Origin: Octopus sinensis
Lineage: Eukaryota
Reading direction: 5' to 3'
Assembly: GCF_006345805.1 (NCBI RefSeq)
Contig: NC_042997.1
Span: forward strand, 7,316,001 to 7,380,000
Length of the DNA: 64,000 nt
The stretch's first letter is position 1. Every line of letters begins with the position of its first letter. The translations under genes were made by a program, and so were the position numbers. A model generated the notes under the pieces. It searched no databases, had not been told where the DNA came from, and worked only from the letters and a program-made list of their open reading frames with translations. Of this stretch, positions 36,700 through 52,099 are shown one piece after another.

Positions 36700-37490
36700 T
36701 TTGGCACAAGGCCAGCAATTTCGATTACATCGAAGCCGGTGCTCAAATGGTACTTTTTTTTAGCGATCCCTAAATGAGGAAAGACGGCAATCTAACGAGT
36801 CTGCTTCCTCAACGCCTTTAAGACATTATTAGTAATACTGTTTTCTACTCTAGGCACAAAACCTAAAATTTTGGGGAAAGGGGTCAGTCGGTTACATCGA
36901 CCCCAGTACAAAACTGGTATTTAATTTATCGACTACGAAAGGATTAAAGGCAAATTCGACCTCTGCGGGATTTGAATCTAAATAATTTTTCTACTCTAGG
37001 CACAAGGCCTGAAATTTTTGGGGAGGGGACCAGTCGACTAGATCGAACCAGTGCGCAACTGGCACTTAATTTACCAACCCCGAAAGAATGAAAAGTAAAG
37101 TCGATCATGGTGGAATTTGAACTCAGAACGTAAAGACTGACAGGAAATCGCTAAGCACTTCGTCCGGCGTGCTAACGTTTCTGCCAGCTCGCTGCCTTAA
37201 AATAATTTCTACTCTAGGCACAAGGCCCACAATTTTGGGGGAGGGGGCCAGTCGATTAGAGCGACCCTAGTATGCATCTGATCTATAAAGTCGACCTCGG
37301 CGGAATTTGAACACAGAACGTAAAGACAGACGAAATACTGCTAAGCATTTTGTCCGGCGTTTCTTATTTATTTATTGCCCACAAGGGGCTAAACAAAGAG
37401 GGAACAAACAAGGACAGACAAAGGGATGAAGTAGATTACATTGACCCCAGTGTGCAACTGGTACTGAATTTATCGATCCCGAAAGTATGA
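36700..37490 (-). mobile_element. Head-to-tail cluster of about five family C SINE copies
   Basis: ttctactctaggcacaa recurs at about 36843, 36989 and 37207, with partial units at about 36703 and 37435. The full copy at 36985-37198 ends gctaacgtttctgccagctcgctgcctt. Confidence 0.9.
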
Positions 37491-38568
37491 AAGTCGTGAA
37501 ACGTGTAAAACATCAGAAAATGTGAAAACAAGGTTTGGATAAATAATTTTTTTACAATAAAGCCATATAAAAAAATATGAATATATGTTTGTTTGCGCGT
37601 GTGATTTTATGCGTGTAATTGTGTTTACGTAAGCAAAAGTGATTTCCACCCACAATGCATGCTACCAGCTATGTTTCTAAATTCAGTATAAAAAGAACGC
37701 TTTAGCCACATAAAGGTCTTCCACAGTGTCTGCCACATCAGTGTTTTCTGCCTCTGTGCTTCAGCTGTCATTTTGATAGATAAATATCCGGTATCGTATT
37801 ATTGTCATGAGGATATGAAGTTGTATTCAACCCACACAACGTTGAAATTTAGTGCAATACAGAGAATATTTGAGTCCTACAAACTCATTCGCCTGCATAT
37901 GAACGAACAACTAGAGGTACCTATCAAAAATACCACTGCGATGAATATGATATGATCCCTCATTACGGACCAAATTTTACTTCATCGATCTGCCCAAAAT
38001 TATTACGAAAAATTGACAGTGGTGCCATAAAGAACTACCCTAAAATATCCTCCAGTATGTTATTACAGGTCCTTGAACTCAGTTATGGTAAGAATGTCTG
38101 CAGAAAAACAGACATAACGTAACAAATATTTTCTTAACTTGCCATAAAGATAAGAACACAACAGTAAAGCAATGTTGCTTCCAGTAGAGAAATATTTCCT
38201 ACTGCTACAGAAACATTCAATTCTGCATCTAACGACTGAATAACAAATTGAATATTTCACAACACACTGACAGCTGTTATGATATTCTAATAATCTTTTA
38301 TTCTTTTACCCATTTCCATCATTTGACTGAAGACATGCTGCAGCACCGCATTAACTTCATTAACCATAGCTGGGCTATTACATAATTAAGAGGGTTGTAT
38401 CTATCTTTTCGCCTCCCTTCTTGACTATTCGTGGGTCAAACGTGCATGCAAAATACTATATAGCATATGAGGTGCACCTTGTCCACCAACACTAGGTCCC
38501 TCTATTAGCACCTGATCAGTTTGGACTGTGAAATCCCAGATGATTTTGCAAGTCTCCGAATATGCCAC

Positions 38569-38589
38569 TTTCTTCTTCTTCTTCTTCTT

Positions 38590-38685
<96 letters not shown>
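38569..38685. repeat. Compound (TTC)n-(TTA)n microsatellite
   Basis: Direct reading. Confidence 0.98.
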
Positions 38686-39277
38686 GTCATTTTACATTAT
38701 TTACATTTGACGAATATTTGTCCTCATTTTGTTTGTTGTTAATACAGCGTTTCGGCGTATATTCCCTCCAGTCTTTTGTCTTCTCCCAATTAATACCATC
38801 CTTTTATGCACTCATCTCATTAATGTCCTTGTCCAACTAGCAAGCTTCTCCCTCTGTGTAATGCCTTTATAGCAAAATCTTGAAATAAAGATGCTTTCCT
38901 CGCATAAAGCAAATGTTCTCCGTAGAGAAAATATTTTTTAACTACTAAAGAGTTCAATATTTTTTTAAATTACAAATTACGTATACTGAGAGTACAACCG
39001 GACGAGAGACAAACATAGAAGGTCCCTAATTCTTCATCAGTTATCAAATAATTGGTATTACTCAGTTTAACACCATTATAGGGCTTCCCTTATTGGCGGT
39101 ACGTGCACAAATCTTTTGCGAAGAATTCAATGCCGAGAGATAACAAAACAAAGCAAAACAACATATAATCTGATTTAGGACAGTAGACAAAGACGATCAG
39201 ACGAGCGAAATACGACCTTATGACAAGGAAAACAAGAATAGTGGGTAACGCTTAGAAGATGTCCTATATGATAGAGA

Positions 39278-39320
<43 letters not shown>

Positions 39321-39726
39321 CTGGTCAGCTACGGGACCAGTGCGGAATACAGATACAAAGAGGAGAAGGTCAGCTGGCTGCAGGTCACGTTACAGAACAA
39401 AATGGTGGGAAAAAGCAACAAGAATAAGGGAGAGCCAAACTGAGTATTGTTTGATACCCGGTGAAGAATAACACGCTATCGGTAAAATTAACATTTAAAT
39501 ATAATTATATAAGAAGATTTATAACATTCCAGACAACTCTATATATTAAGGTTTCGTGCTTTATAATAAAAATTTCTTTAAACTCTTCAATAGAGGTATA
39601 CCGACAATATATAAGTGAATATTATATATATATATATATATACATACCGATAAATATTTGCGTACAGATACCAATATATAACACGTACACACACACACAC
39701 ACATATATATATATATTTGTACATAT

Positions 39727-39893
39727 ATACGACAGGCTTCTTTCAGTTTCCGTCTACCAAATCCACTCACAAGGCATTGGTCTGCCCGGCGCTAAAGCAG
39801 AAGACACTTGGCCAAGATGCCACGCAGTTGGACTTGACCCGGAACCATGTGGTTGGTTAGCAAGCTACTTACCACACACCCACTCCTGTGCCT
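39727..39893 (-). mobile_element. SINE family B, 5' half
   Basis: Highly similar reverse complement of 41910-42075. Confidence 0.92.
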
Positions 39894-41909
39894 ATATATA
39901 TATATATATATATATGCATTTATGTTATTAATCAGTTTGTTGCTGCTTCCATCAGCCCCTTCATACGTCTCAAAGAAATGGTGGCATTTAACCATATGTA
40001 TATATTTTTTCCTATAGCCTCACACGCTCCAGCCGGAAGGCTGTGGTCACGATGAGTACCACATAATATATATAACCATATGAGTATGAGTGTATGTGCA
40101 TATACGTGAATTAATGGTTTGGTTGTAATAATCGTACTTCAAATTTGTACAATTCTCTATGGAATTTAACTACATGCATGAAAGTATACTATATATCAGT
40201 GTACATAACACCCTAATCGTGTGTTTGTCATATATTCGTTTTAGACATTGATATTAAGCTGGAAAGAAAATAGTAGTTTGTATTTCTTTTTATTATTCAG
40301 CCATTTATTATTTGACTTGCAAACTGTACCTCCAGGTAAACCAGCTTTGCGTTAAACAAATCCTAATGCACGAATACTCGATTTCTTTTATTATATTCAT
40401 GTATTTACTTGACAGATGTATAAGAGAATTGCTTAATTGATAGAATTAGTTTTCCATTCTTTTAATACATATCCGACGGATAACTTTGTTAATAAAATGC
40501 TTATCAAGAAAGTATCAGAAATAACCTCTGATTAAACAAGAGAAGAAATGTTATCGATGTCATAGATTAAAGAAGGTCAATGTTATAGTAGAATACAAAA
40601 AATTGTTTGAATAACTTATATTGCTTGTACATTTTCTTTATTTCTCACTCGCCAAATTTTCTAATATACTTTATTGCTCTACGGTGTTATCTCATTTTAA
40701 AGGATATTTTGTTATCCTTCAAACAGTGAATGTTTTCCCAGATTTTTCGCTTATTTTATCTGTTAGACTCTTATATGTAACCAAAATTTCAAAGGTTTTG
40801 GTTTGATAGGAAAAATATATTGAAGTTTTAATAAAATTATTATAACGTTATAGCCATAATTTCTTGGGTATAGTGCATTCATATTATTTAAATTAATCTA
40901 CGCATTTTGTGAAGCTAAAGCTTTGAGTTCGATTAAAATTCCTATATTTCTTCGGCTGCACATTTTTAATCCTACATTGCCGATTTAATTTTTAGAGAAA
41001 AGCAATTCTTTCATGTATACTTTGAAGCAATATTTTTACACTGACTTTCTAATTTCCTACATGCTTCCTCTTCAGCGACGTTGTTATGTATAAGAATATA
41101 TAAGCAGAACTGTAGTTGTTCGTAGATAGGAAGAAAAGACGTACAAACTTTATATCTTGAAAGCGAGATGGTCTCTTCATTTTTCACAGTAAAAGATGAG
41201 AAGATATACTTACATGATTTTAAATTGTGTAAAGCAATATTTAGCATGAAAATATATAATTTTAAAAGAAAATTTCGTATAAATTCGTATCTACAAGTTA
41301 TTCCTCAATAAATTAATCTTTCATCCACGACTGTAACGGCATGTGAAATAAAAACTATTCAGATGGGCATTTATAGTAGCAAAATAAAATTAAATAGATA
41401 AGAGTCGTGTTTTTCTGTTTTTATTGTTGTTAAATTTGGTGAGGTAATTAGGTATATAAAAATAAATAATAATAAATAGAGAAGTAAAACAAGTTATTTC
41501 ACGATCATAAACGTTACAATTTTGAAACTCATAGGGGGCGGTATGATGTATAAGACAATACCTGAACTGCATATAAAATTTGTTGTATTTTAAAGAAGTC
41601 TTGTAGCCATATTTCCGATACTTATACCACTAAATAAAGCACAAAAATACAATATAAAATAAAAAGGACATACATGTCAAGTTAAGCGTTATAAGAGGAA
41701 AAATTAAGGAAATTAAATCGAAAGCATAAGTATAATTTAGTAATATCGGTTCATCTAAAAGAAAGCTAAATATATTGACAGAATTATATATCTGTAATTA
41801 ATCAAATGTTACCTCCCACTCTTTTGCTCTCTTTTTCTCTCCCTTCCCATCTCTTAGTGCTTTTACATAAAGGGAGACTAAGAAACGTTCATCTAAAATT
41901 CTATATATA

Positions 41910-42074
41910 GGCGCAGGAGTGGCTGTGTGGTAAGTAGCTTGCTAACCAACCACATGGTTGCGGGTTCAGTCCCACTGCGTGGCATCTTGGGCAAGTGTCT
42001 TCTGCTATAGCCCCGGGCCGACCTATGCCTTGTGAGTGGATTTGGTAGACGGAAACTGAAAGAAGCCTGTCGTA

Positions 42075-42125
<51 letters not shown>

Positions 42126-42282
42126 TTGTGTGTCTGTGTTTGTCCCCCTAGCATTGCTTGACAACCGATGCTGGTGTGTCTACGTCCCCGCCACTTAGCG
42201 GTTCGGCAAAAGAGACCGATAGCGTAAGTACTCGGCTTACAAGAATAAGTTCCGGGGTCGATTTGATCGACTAAAGGCGGTG

Positions 42283-42285
<3 letters not shown>
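41910..42285 (+). mobile_element. SINE family B, young copy with truncated tail
   Basis: ggcgcaggagtggctgtgtggtaag...gggttcagtcccactg (A/B-box-like head), internal (TA)n, and end ...aaaggcggtgctc. Confidence 0.93.
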
Positions 42286-42313
<28 letters not shown>

Positions 42314-42321
42314 CGCATACA

Positions 42322-42359
<38 letters not shown>

Positions 42360-42990
42360 ACACACACACATACACACACACACACGAATTTACAGCAAAG
42401 GCCATGATATAATGTTTACGCGCCATCGGGCTACCCAATTGCATGATCCCAATCCTTGATACGGATATATTTTACGAACACCGCGCAATGAGGAAAAGCA
42501 ATGTAGACCACAACAAAATTTGAACTCAAGATAAATGCTTTCTTGTGTGAAGACTTCTAATGAGTCTCTCCCACAATCTAAATGTTCAACCAAATCGAAT
42601 CTGTTTGAATTGGTTTCTCATGTACGTGAATGAACAACAATTTTCGAAGTGATGAGGTCTGCATTATTTAATGGATAACACTAATCGATGGGGACCTCCT
42701 TTTACTGAAGTTAAAAGTAAGATATTCAAAAGCTAACGTTGCGAAAATTTTATTTTAGTAAATATAGACCAGGAGAAGTACAGCAAAGTGCATTTCCGGT
42801 AATATAACTATTCTATAAATGAGAATAGCTCGTTCATGCATGTAACATGTATGCATGTAAACACCCACACACACACACACGTGCATGCACAAACGCGCAC
42901 ACACATGCACAAATGCACAGTGCACAAATGCACACACGTGCACAAATGCTCACATGCACGCACACACACAGCTATATATGTATGTATATA

Positions 42991-44147
42991 TTAGGTCATC
43001 AAGTATGTAATTTGTATTAAAGGGAAAATGTTTGCCAATGTTTTATAAATAGAAGAAATAGGTTTATTTCATCAAAGTATGCGTCCTTATCGTCAACACA
43101 CTTGGCCATTCAGCGATAGCTTTTTCCAGTCCGGAACAGTAAAACCCTGACAATCTAGAGTCGATACAATCTTCAAATGCCTGTTTTACAGCATCGTCGG
43201 AATTACGTTTTTTCCTATCAAAATATTCAAATTCTGAAAGAAGTGATAGTCAGTGTGAACAAAATCAGGTGAGTATGGAGGATGATGGAGAACTTACTAC
43301 TCCAAATCCTGTAGTTTCGCCATTGTCATTTGTGCGATGTGTGGTCTGGCGTTGTCTTGCAATAAAATGGGAGTGGATCTGTTGAGTAATCTAGGCTGTT
43401 TTTGTTGGTTTTGTTTTTCGTACGTTTCTGTATCATTTGTTCCAGATGACTGCAGTATACGTCGGCCGGTGATTGATAAGCCAGCTGCAATGAAATCATA
43501 ATTGATCACACCTACGCCAGACCACCAAACATTACATCAGTTTCTTTTGATGAATTTTGCTTTTTGAACTGTGTTTTGCTCGCTGATCTTTATCCAACCA
43601 TTCTGCTGAACGATTACGGTGTTGTATTGGATCCATTTCTCTACGCATGTAACAATTCGATTCACAAATGATTCGTTTTGTGACGAGAGAGTAGCATTAC
43701 GCAGATTTTCAAACGTTGTTGTTTTTGATTTTCATTGAGTTCATGTAAGACCTAATTATCCAAACTTTACAATTTACCGATTTGAATATGCTGAACCAAT
43801 ATTGTTGGCTTCCTACATCAAACAACAACGATAATTCACAGGCACCTTGAGATGGATCTGACTCGACAGTTGTTTTCATTTCGTCGTTATCCAATATTGC
43901 TTCTGGTCGACCGCGTTGCTCATTTCTGAGATGAAAGTTACCAGAACGAAATTTTGTAAACCAATTTGATCCTGTCTGCTGTGAAATAACATTAGAATGA
44001 AATACTCCATTAATATTCCAGAATAAAGAAATACATATTTTACCTTTCTAACAAAAAATAAAGATTGTCAAAAGATACTATTGGCGCAAAATAAGCAGCT
44101 GCCAAATTTTCCGTATATCTTAATACAAAGGTCATACTGACGACCTG

Positions 44148-44148
<1 letters not shown>
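42991..44148 (-). mobile_element. Mariner transposon, decayed, with TIRs and TA TSD
   Basis: TIRs ttaggtcatcaagtatgtaatttgtattaa and ttaatacaaaggtcatactgacgacctga, flanked by TA. Peptides LLQDNARPHIAQMTMAKLQDLE and LHHPPYSPDF. Confidence 0.93.
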
Positions 44149-44210
<62 letters not shown>

Positions 44211-44400
44211 ATATTATATATATATATATATATTTGTGTGTTTTGTGTGTCTGTGTTTGTCCCCCTAGCATTGCTTGACAACCGATGCTGGTGTGTCTAC
44301 GTCCCCGCCACTTAGCGGTTCGGCAAAAGAGACCGATAGCGTAAGTACTCGGCTTACAAAGAATAAGTTCCGGGGTCGATTTGATCGACTAAAGGCGGTG

Positions 44401-44431
<31 letters not shown>

Positions 44432-44439
44432 CGCATACA

Positions 44440-44490
<51 letters not shown>

Positions 44491-45104
44491 ACACACACAC
44501 GAATTTACAGCAACAGGCCATGATATAATGTTTACGCGCCATCGGGCTACCCAATTGCATGGATCCCAATCCTTGATACGGATATAATTTTACGAACACC
44601 GCAATGAGGAAAAGCAATGTAGACCACAACAAAATTTGAACTCAAGATAAATGCTTTCTTGTGTGAAGACTTCTAATGAGTCTCTCCCACAATCTAAATG
44701 TTCAACAAATCGAATCTGTTTGAATTTGTTTCTCATGTACGTGAATGAACAACAATTTTCGAAGTGATGAGGTCTGCATTATTTAATGGATAACACTAAT
44801 CGATGGGGACCTCCTTTTACTGAAGTTAAAAGTAAGATATTCAAAAGCTAACGTTGCGAAAATTTTATTTTAGTAAATATAGTACCAGGAGAAGTACAGC
44901 AAAGTGCATTTCCGGTAATATAACTATTCTATAAATGAGAATAGCTCGTTCATGCATGTAACATGTATGCATGTAACACACACACACACACACACGTGCA
45001 TGCACAAACGCGCACACACATGCACAAATGCACAGTGCACAAATGCACACGTGCACAAATGCTCACATGCACGCACACACACAGCATATATATGTATGTA
45101 TATA

Positions 45105-46266
45105 TTAGGTCATCAAGTATGTAATTTGTATTAAAGGGAAAATGTTTGCCAATGTTTTATAAATAGAAGAAATAGTTTTATTCATCAAAGTATGCGTCCT
45201 TATCGTCAACACACTTTGGCCATTTCAGCGATAGCTTTTTCCAGTCCGGAACAGTAAAACCCTGACAATCTAGAGTCGATACAATCTTCAAAATGCCTGT
45301 TTTACAGCATCGTCGGAATTACGTTTTTTCCTATCAAAATATTCAAATTCTGAAAGAAGTGATAGTCAGTGTGAACAAAATCAGGTGAGTATGGAGGATG
45401 ATGGAGAACTTACTACTCCAAATCCTGTAGTTTCGCCATTGTCATTTGTGCGATGTGTGGTCTGGCGTTGTCTTGCAATAAAATGGGAGTGGATCTGTTG
45501 AGTAATCTAGGCTGTTTTTGTTGGTTTTGTTTTTCGTACGTTTCTGTATCATTTGTTCCAGATGACTGCAGTATACGTCGGCCGTGATTGATAAGCCAGC
45601 TGCAATGAAATCATAATTGATCACACCTACGCCAGACCACCAAACATTACATCAGTTTCTTTTGATGAATTTTGCTTTTTGAACTGTGTTTTGCTCGCTG
45701 ATCTTTATCCAACCATTCTGCTGAACGATTACGGTTGTTGTATTGGATCCATTTCTCTACGCATGTAACAATTCGATTCACAAATGATTCGTTTTGTGAC
45801 GAGAGAGTAGCATTACGCAGATTTTCAAACGTTGTTGTTTTTGATTTTCATTGAGTTCATGTAAGACCTAATTATCCAAACTTTACACTTTACCGATTTG
45901 AATATGCTGAACCAATATTGTTTGCTTCCTAACATCAAACAACAACGATAATTCACAGGCACCTTGAGATGGATCTGACTCGACAGTTGTTTTCATTTCG
46001 TCGTTATCCAATATTGCTTCTGGTCGACCGCGTTGCTCATTTCTGAGATGAAAGTTACCAGAACGAAATTTTGTAAACCAATTTGATCCTGTCTGCTGTG
46101 AAATAACATTAGAATGAAATACTCCATTAATATTCCAGAATAAAGAAATACATATTTTACCTTTCTAACAAAAAATAAAGATTGTCAAAAGATACTATTG
46201 GCGCAAAATAAGCAGCTGCCAAATTTTCCGTATATCTTAATACAAAGGTCATACTTGACGACCTGA
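45105..46266 (-). mobile_element. Second copy of the mariner transposon (within the duplication)
   Basis: Same TIRs and sequence as 42991-44148. Confidence 0.93.
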
Positions 46267-46293
46267 TACATATATATATATATATATATATAA

Positions 46294-46340
<47 letters not shown>

Positions 46341-46341
46341 C

Positions 46342-46395
<54 letters not shown>

Positions 46396-46451
46396 CATAT
46401 ATATATACATATATATATATTACATATATATATACTAATATATATACATAC

Positions 46452-46483
<32 letters not shown>

Positions 46484-46489
46484 CATATA

Positions 46490-46538
<49 letters not shown>

Positions 46539-46549
46539 TGTGTGTGTGT

Positions 46550-46680
46550 GGAGGCGCAATGGCCCAGTGGTTAGGGCAGCGGACTCGCGGTCGTAGGATC
46601 GCGGTTTCGATTCCCAGACAGGGCGTTGTGTGTGTTTATTGAGCGAAAACAAATAAAAAGCTACACCACGCTCCGGCAGG
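46550..46680 (+). mobile_element. SINE family A, 5' part
   Basis: ggaggcgcaatggcccagtggttagggcagcggactcgcggtcgtaggatcgcggtttcgattccc. Confidence 0.92.
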
Positions 46681-46684
46681 TTAG

Positions 46685-47716
46685 ATGGAGGGTAAACTGT
46701 GTGTCACCAGGTAGTTCTTCGTGGAGGGGGTTAATTCGGTCTTTGTTCCTCACGTTAATAAATACCTCTAGGAAGATAACCGAGCCATGCAATCCCTTCT
46801 CGTCTTGAACAAAGCACCTGCTCAACCATCTTACCTCGAAGATGACATCATCAAAGGGTTGAAGTTCATAAATATTCTCTAACTTTCACCTTACACCACT
46901 CTATCCTGCAGCCCATGCACCAGCTGGTGATTTTTAATATCAAGAAGCTCTTCACCAAGCACCTGTTTGTCGCTATATTGAGTTGATGGCGGGCACAAAC
47001 CTAACCCTTCGGGATTGCTGGGAGGACCGCTATAACATCGTGATATGCCTTAGAATTATCGATGTGGCCTGGCAGGGTGTTAAATCAATTTGAAAAGACT
47101 CGAATGCGAAGTCCATGAGCCTGTATAATGATGAAGGTGACATCAAAGAGAACATCGAGGAACACACCAAGGAGCTGATAACGGTGGATATAAAGAAGCT
47201 AGAGACTCAGCAGCACGCGGAGGTTTTGCAAGACATAGGTTCCGCGAAAAAGGTGGAGGAGGTTATCTCTACAAGTGCGATAAAGGAAATGTTGGGGTTG
47301 TTGGGAGACACTTTCAGACTTTATTCAAAAGAAATACCCCGAAAATTTTGCAACTGGGCATGTGACGGCACTATCTAAGGACACTTGATTAACTCATTTC
47401 CGAAACATTCTGAAAGGGTGGATTAAACAGACCTCATTGGACATGTTTTTATCGAAAACTCATGCAGATGAATGTGACGAAAACGTGGTGAAGAGGGGAA
47501 CAATCAGCGAATAAGTTTCAGTTATTGAGTTCAGGTTTTTCTCCTTCACCTTCGTCACTATCCTCAAGTCGACTGATCTCCAATGTAAATGTACGTTAAA
47601 CTTAATAAAACCAGTTTATTGAAGTACATTCTACTGTTTTGTTTTTTGATAAGATATTCCATGTTTCTATGAATATATTTTTTTTATTTTCAAAACGTAA
47701 CAAAACAAACAATATA

Positions 47717-47792
<76 letters not shown>

Positions 47793-47912
47793 AACGGATC
47801 GGATTAATGGCATTTCAATTCATTTCAATGGGGGATAATTGATTTGACATAATAGTTATTTGATTTACCAGCTCCATCACGGAACGAATTAAACTCGTAA
47901 GTCAAGGCACCA

Positions 47913-47915
<3 letters not shown>
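46685..47915 (+). mobile_element. Tigger/pogo-like transposon 3' remnant with right TIR
   Basis: ILQPMHQLVIFNIKKLFTKHLF (LQPMDQ motif) and DIKENIEEHTKELIT...STSAIKEML (TIGD1-like). Terminus ctcgtaagtcaaggcaccactg followed by TA. Confidence 0.85.
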
Positions 47916-47957
<42 letters not shown>

Positions 47958-50302
47958 ATATATATGTATGTGTGTATGTATGTATGTATGTATGTATCTA
48001 TATAAGATAGATAGATAAATAGATAGATAAAGAGAGTGATATATAGATATAAATGTATATGTGTGTCCTGTGTGCTTGTGTCTGTATGAAGAATAATAAT
48101 TATGAAATATATGTGAAATACAGTTTGTGTATATTTATCAGAGTGATGATTATTGGAAGAGTATTTTACTTACATTTCCTTTAGAATTCACCACACAGAT
48201 ATTAAAACTGGCGTTCGATAGATGTGTGTGTATATGTGTGCGTTGGTGCGTGCGCGCGTATGTGTGTGTGTCTATGTGTCAGTGAGAGAGAGAGATAGAT
48301 AGAGATATTATATGTTTTGGAAGTGATGATGATGTTACTTGTAAGATTTCTTTACAATAAGGCTACTGTGTAAGTCAAAAAAACAGTAGGAATTATTTTA
48401 TGTATGTAAGAAAATAGTAGAACTTCTGAACAAATACTAGCGTTAAATTTGGTGGCCAAATTTAATTAATAGTACATTTATTTTAGTGCCAAAAATTTTA
48501 CCAGCAATACATGATCATAACTCATTAAATGAAACACCTGGCATCTCACCTAATTTGAGTATTTCTTTTTGAAAGTATTTTCTATTGTTATTTCTTTATA
48601 ACAAGCACTTTTACCACGACGGTGTGGTCTTGCGTTGCTTACAAAAACGACTAATAGCTATATTAAAGAATACTTTGCAAATTTTTTAATAATAGACAGT
48701 TGATCTACATCGGTACGCTTCATTAGTAAATATAATCAAATAAAACAGTTACAAAATGTTCCTGCTGAAAATACATGGAACGGGAAAAGAGAAAGGGATT
48801 AGATTTAAATTTTCAAAACTTCGTGTATAATTGTAATTCTATATAGTTATTACAGGGCTCCCTGAAACATTTTGCAACGTAGATGGAAGTGTTGTATTAA
48901 ACATTTTTATAAGCTCCCTCGAATGTATTGATGACAAAGTGGGACCGTCCTGACAAACACAGATTGTATGATTTGTATGTGGTTCCCTGCATGATTTGTA
49001 TATGCCTCACTGAAGATTTCCGTGTAGCACGAGTTTGTTGCTCGTACATAATGTACTGAAATTATTCTTTATTGCCGAAGATTATTGCCAATATTTTTTT
49101 AATAAATAAAATTCATGTAACTGAGACCATTAAAAAAATTAATAACTTCAAGAACCATAATTTATCAAGTTACTAGAATATGAATTTCCACTGTGTGTTA
49201 AACTGGGATAGTGCTCAAAATATTTTGCTACATCTTTAAATATGTTAGGTGGAAGAAGCAAAATCAACAATAATGTTGCTACTTGTACATGTAAAACAGA
49301 CAAACATCTACTTATCATCAGCTCAGTGCCATTCTCTGTACGTTTGCAGTAGATTTTGGTGTTAAGCCAGACAAGAGATTAAGCTTGTTAAATAAAAACA
49401 TGACAGTATATTTAGTCGGCTTCGGCAAATTCCGTCAATTTAATTTCATTCTGGGTAGAAGAGATTTGAGGCAGCTGTAAACATTCTTTATGCAACATGA
49501 GGCGGAGCAAAATACAATACAACGCAAAATCTGCTAATCTCTGAATAAACTTGTTAGATATGCGCCTATAGGTATTGGTTCTTCTTAACATATCACGAAA
49601 ATATGTAGATTTAGAGATTCTTTGTACAAAATATTTTCCCCGACTGGTCCATGAAAACCAGTAGGTATATCTTACGTCGTATCTATATAAGTAAATAATA
49701 TTTGAGTACCGTGAATCTTAAATAATGGGTGGTGAAAGCGGCCTCAAATATATTCAGTTCCAACGACTCAGGCAATCTGGAGAATTGTAGAAATAGTAGC
49801 AATAGTATTCAATGAAAACAATATTATTGTTTATAACATTCATAAATATACCCAAACAATTATTACTTTTGGTAGAAATTGTTGACGTGCCCACTAAACA
49901 GTGACGTCTATGCCGGAAACAGACGAGCTAAAACATTTCGTTGAAAAAGCGGGAAAAAGCTAACCAAGTTGACGCGTTAATGAAATCGTGATATCTAAGC
50001 TACATACTGATTGGTCAAAATGCAGTTCTTAAGATTCAGTCTGCTGGTGCCAGTCAGAAGGTATTTAGGGGACAAATTTAATCATTTCACTACAATTGTC
50101 AAAGGTGAAACAAACTGTCACTTCTACTGCTTAAATCTGATGATTACTTAACGCATGAAATTAGTAGTTATATGACAATTAATATATAATATTCTATCAT
50201 ATTATTGTAAAATCGTTAAATCTGTAAAAAAAGCCGTTAAAATCAGACTCGATATATATGCATACATATATGAATATATGAATATATATATATATATATA
50301 TA

Positions 50303-50355
<53 letters not shown>

Positions 50356-50383
50356 TATAGATAGATAGATAGATAGATAGATT

Positions 50384-50423
<40 letters not shown>

Positions 50424-50488
50424 TAGATATAGATATAAATATATGTAATATATATATGTATACATATATATATATATATAATACATAT

Positions 50489-50557
<69 letters not shown>

Positions 50558-50569
50558 CATATAGCATGT

Positions 50570-51070
50570 GGTTGTCGCATTCACCATTACAGAGAATGTT
50601 GAGCAGTGAAACTTCGTCAAATTATGCCATAAGCTTGATAATAGCTGCTCAGAGGCCTACGAAAAAGATTTCAAAAATCTTTTATCGATCTCGATACAAT
50701 GAAGGAGATATTGTGCAAATGAAACCCGACTGTTTTTTCTGGGGAATGGCGTCCTCTAAAAGCAGTCTTAGCACAAATTTAGCAGACACGTGACTCATAC
50801 AAAAATTTTCAGTGATAATGGACGGAACTGAACCCTAATTAATCTGCACATCCTTTGATATCTCACACATTTTGACGATTCCGCTCACAGCTGCAATCAC
50901 ATCTACGATCTTTTACTCAGTTCTCATTGCAAATATCGAGATTTTTTGGCCATCGTGTGCGACTCATACACATATGTGAGCCTCACTCTTTTCTCTCCAT
51001 ATACTTTGTGAAAATTTGCGTAGGCCTCTTAGCAGGTATCGCACTGACAACCTTCTCTGTTATAGTCAAT
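50570..51070 (-). mobile_element. Internally deleted mariner-like remnant
   Basis: Minus-strand peptide RVSAKFVLRLL (WVPR-like motif), preceded by an HTH-like region. Confidence 0.55.
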
Positions 51071-51377
51071 GCGGCGATCACATGATACGCACCTTCCTTC
51101 CATGAGCTGCTGTAAACAGCAGAGTTCAACATCCATCTTAACCAAGCGGCTTTACTCTTCGTGCTTCAGCTTCGTTATTATGGCAAGAGTCCTGATGCTT
51201 ATTGAGCAGAGCTCGTATATATATGTGAGTGTGTATACATGCATGTATATATGTATGTATATATGTATGTATGTATGTAAAAAAAAACAAATTTATATAT
51301 ATATATATACACGTATTTAAATGTTTGTGTATATGTATATGTATATGTATCTGAATATATATATATATATATATTAT

Positions 51378-52019
<642 letters not shown>

Positions 52020-52066
52020 ATATACACACATAAACGTACCTGTATGTACATGTATAAATGCAGATA

Positions 52067-52099
<33 letters not shown>

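Larger units (their letters stand above)
42120..46268. repeat. Near-identical tandem duplication of about 2.1 kb (42120-44150 and 44236-46268)
   Basis: SINE 3' half, unique sequence and mariner element are repeated in order. Differences are mostly 1-2 bp indels. Confidence 0.97.

Noticed and set aside
36700-37490. Repeat-spacer appearance reminiscent of a CRISPR array
   Set aside because: Eukaryotic context, irregular unit lengths and homologous 'spacers'. These are SINE copies.
37766-38260. Splice-acceptor-like sites with short ORFs on both strands, and similar candidates near 20143 and 21255
   Set aside because: No recognisable protein, in-frame stops or no good donor, and no coherent exon chain.
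46550-46616. tRNA-like sequence
   Set aside because: It is the tRNA-derived head of a multi-copy SINE and continues into SINE body, so it is not a tRNA gene.
49880-50020. Cluster of TGACGT, CCGGAA and ATTGG motifs
   Set aside because: Short motifs expected by chance, with no linked transcript evidence.
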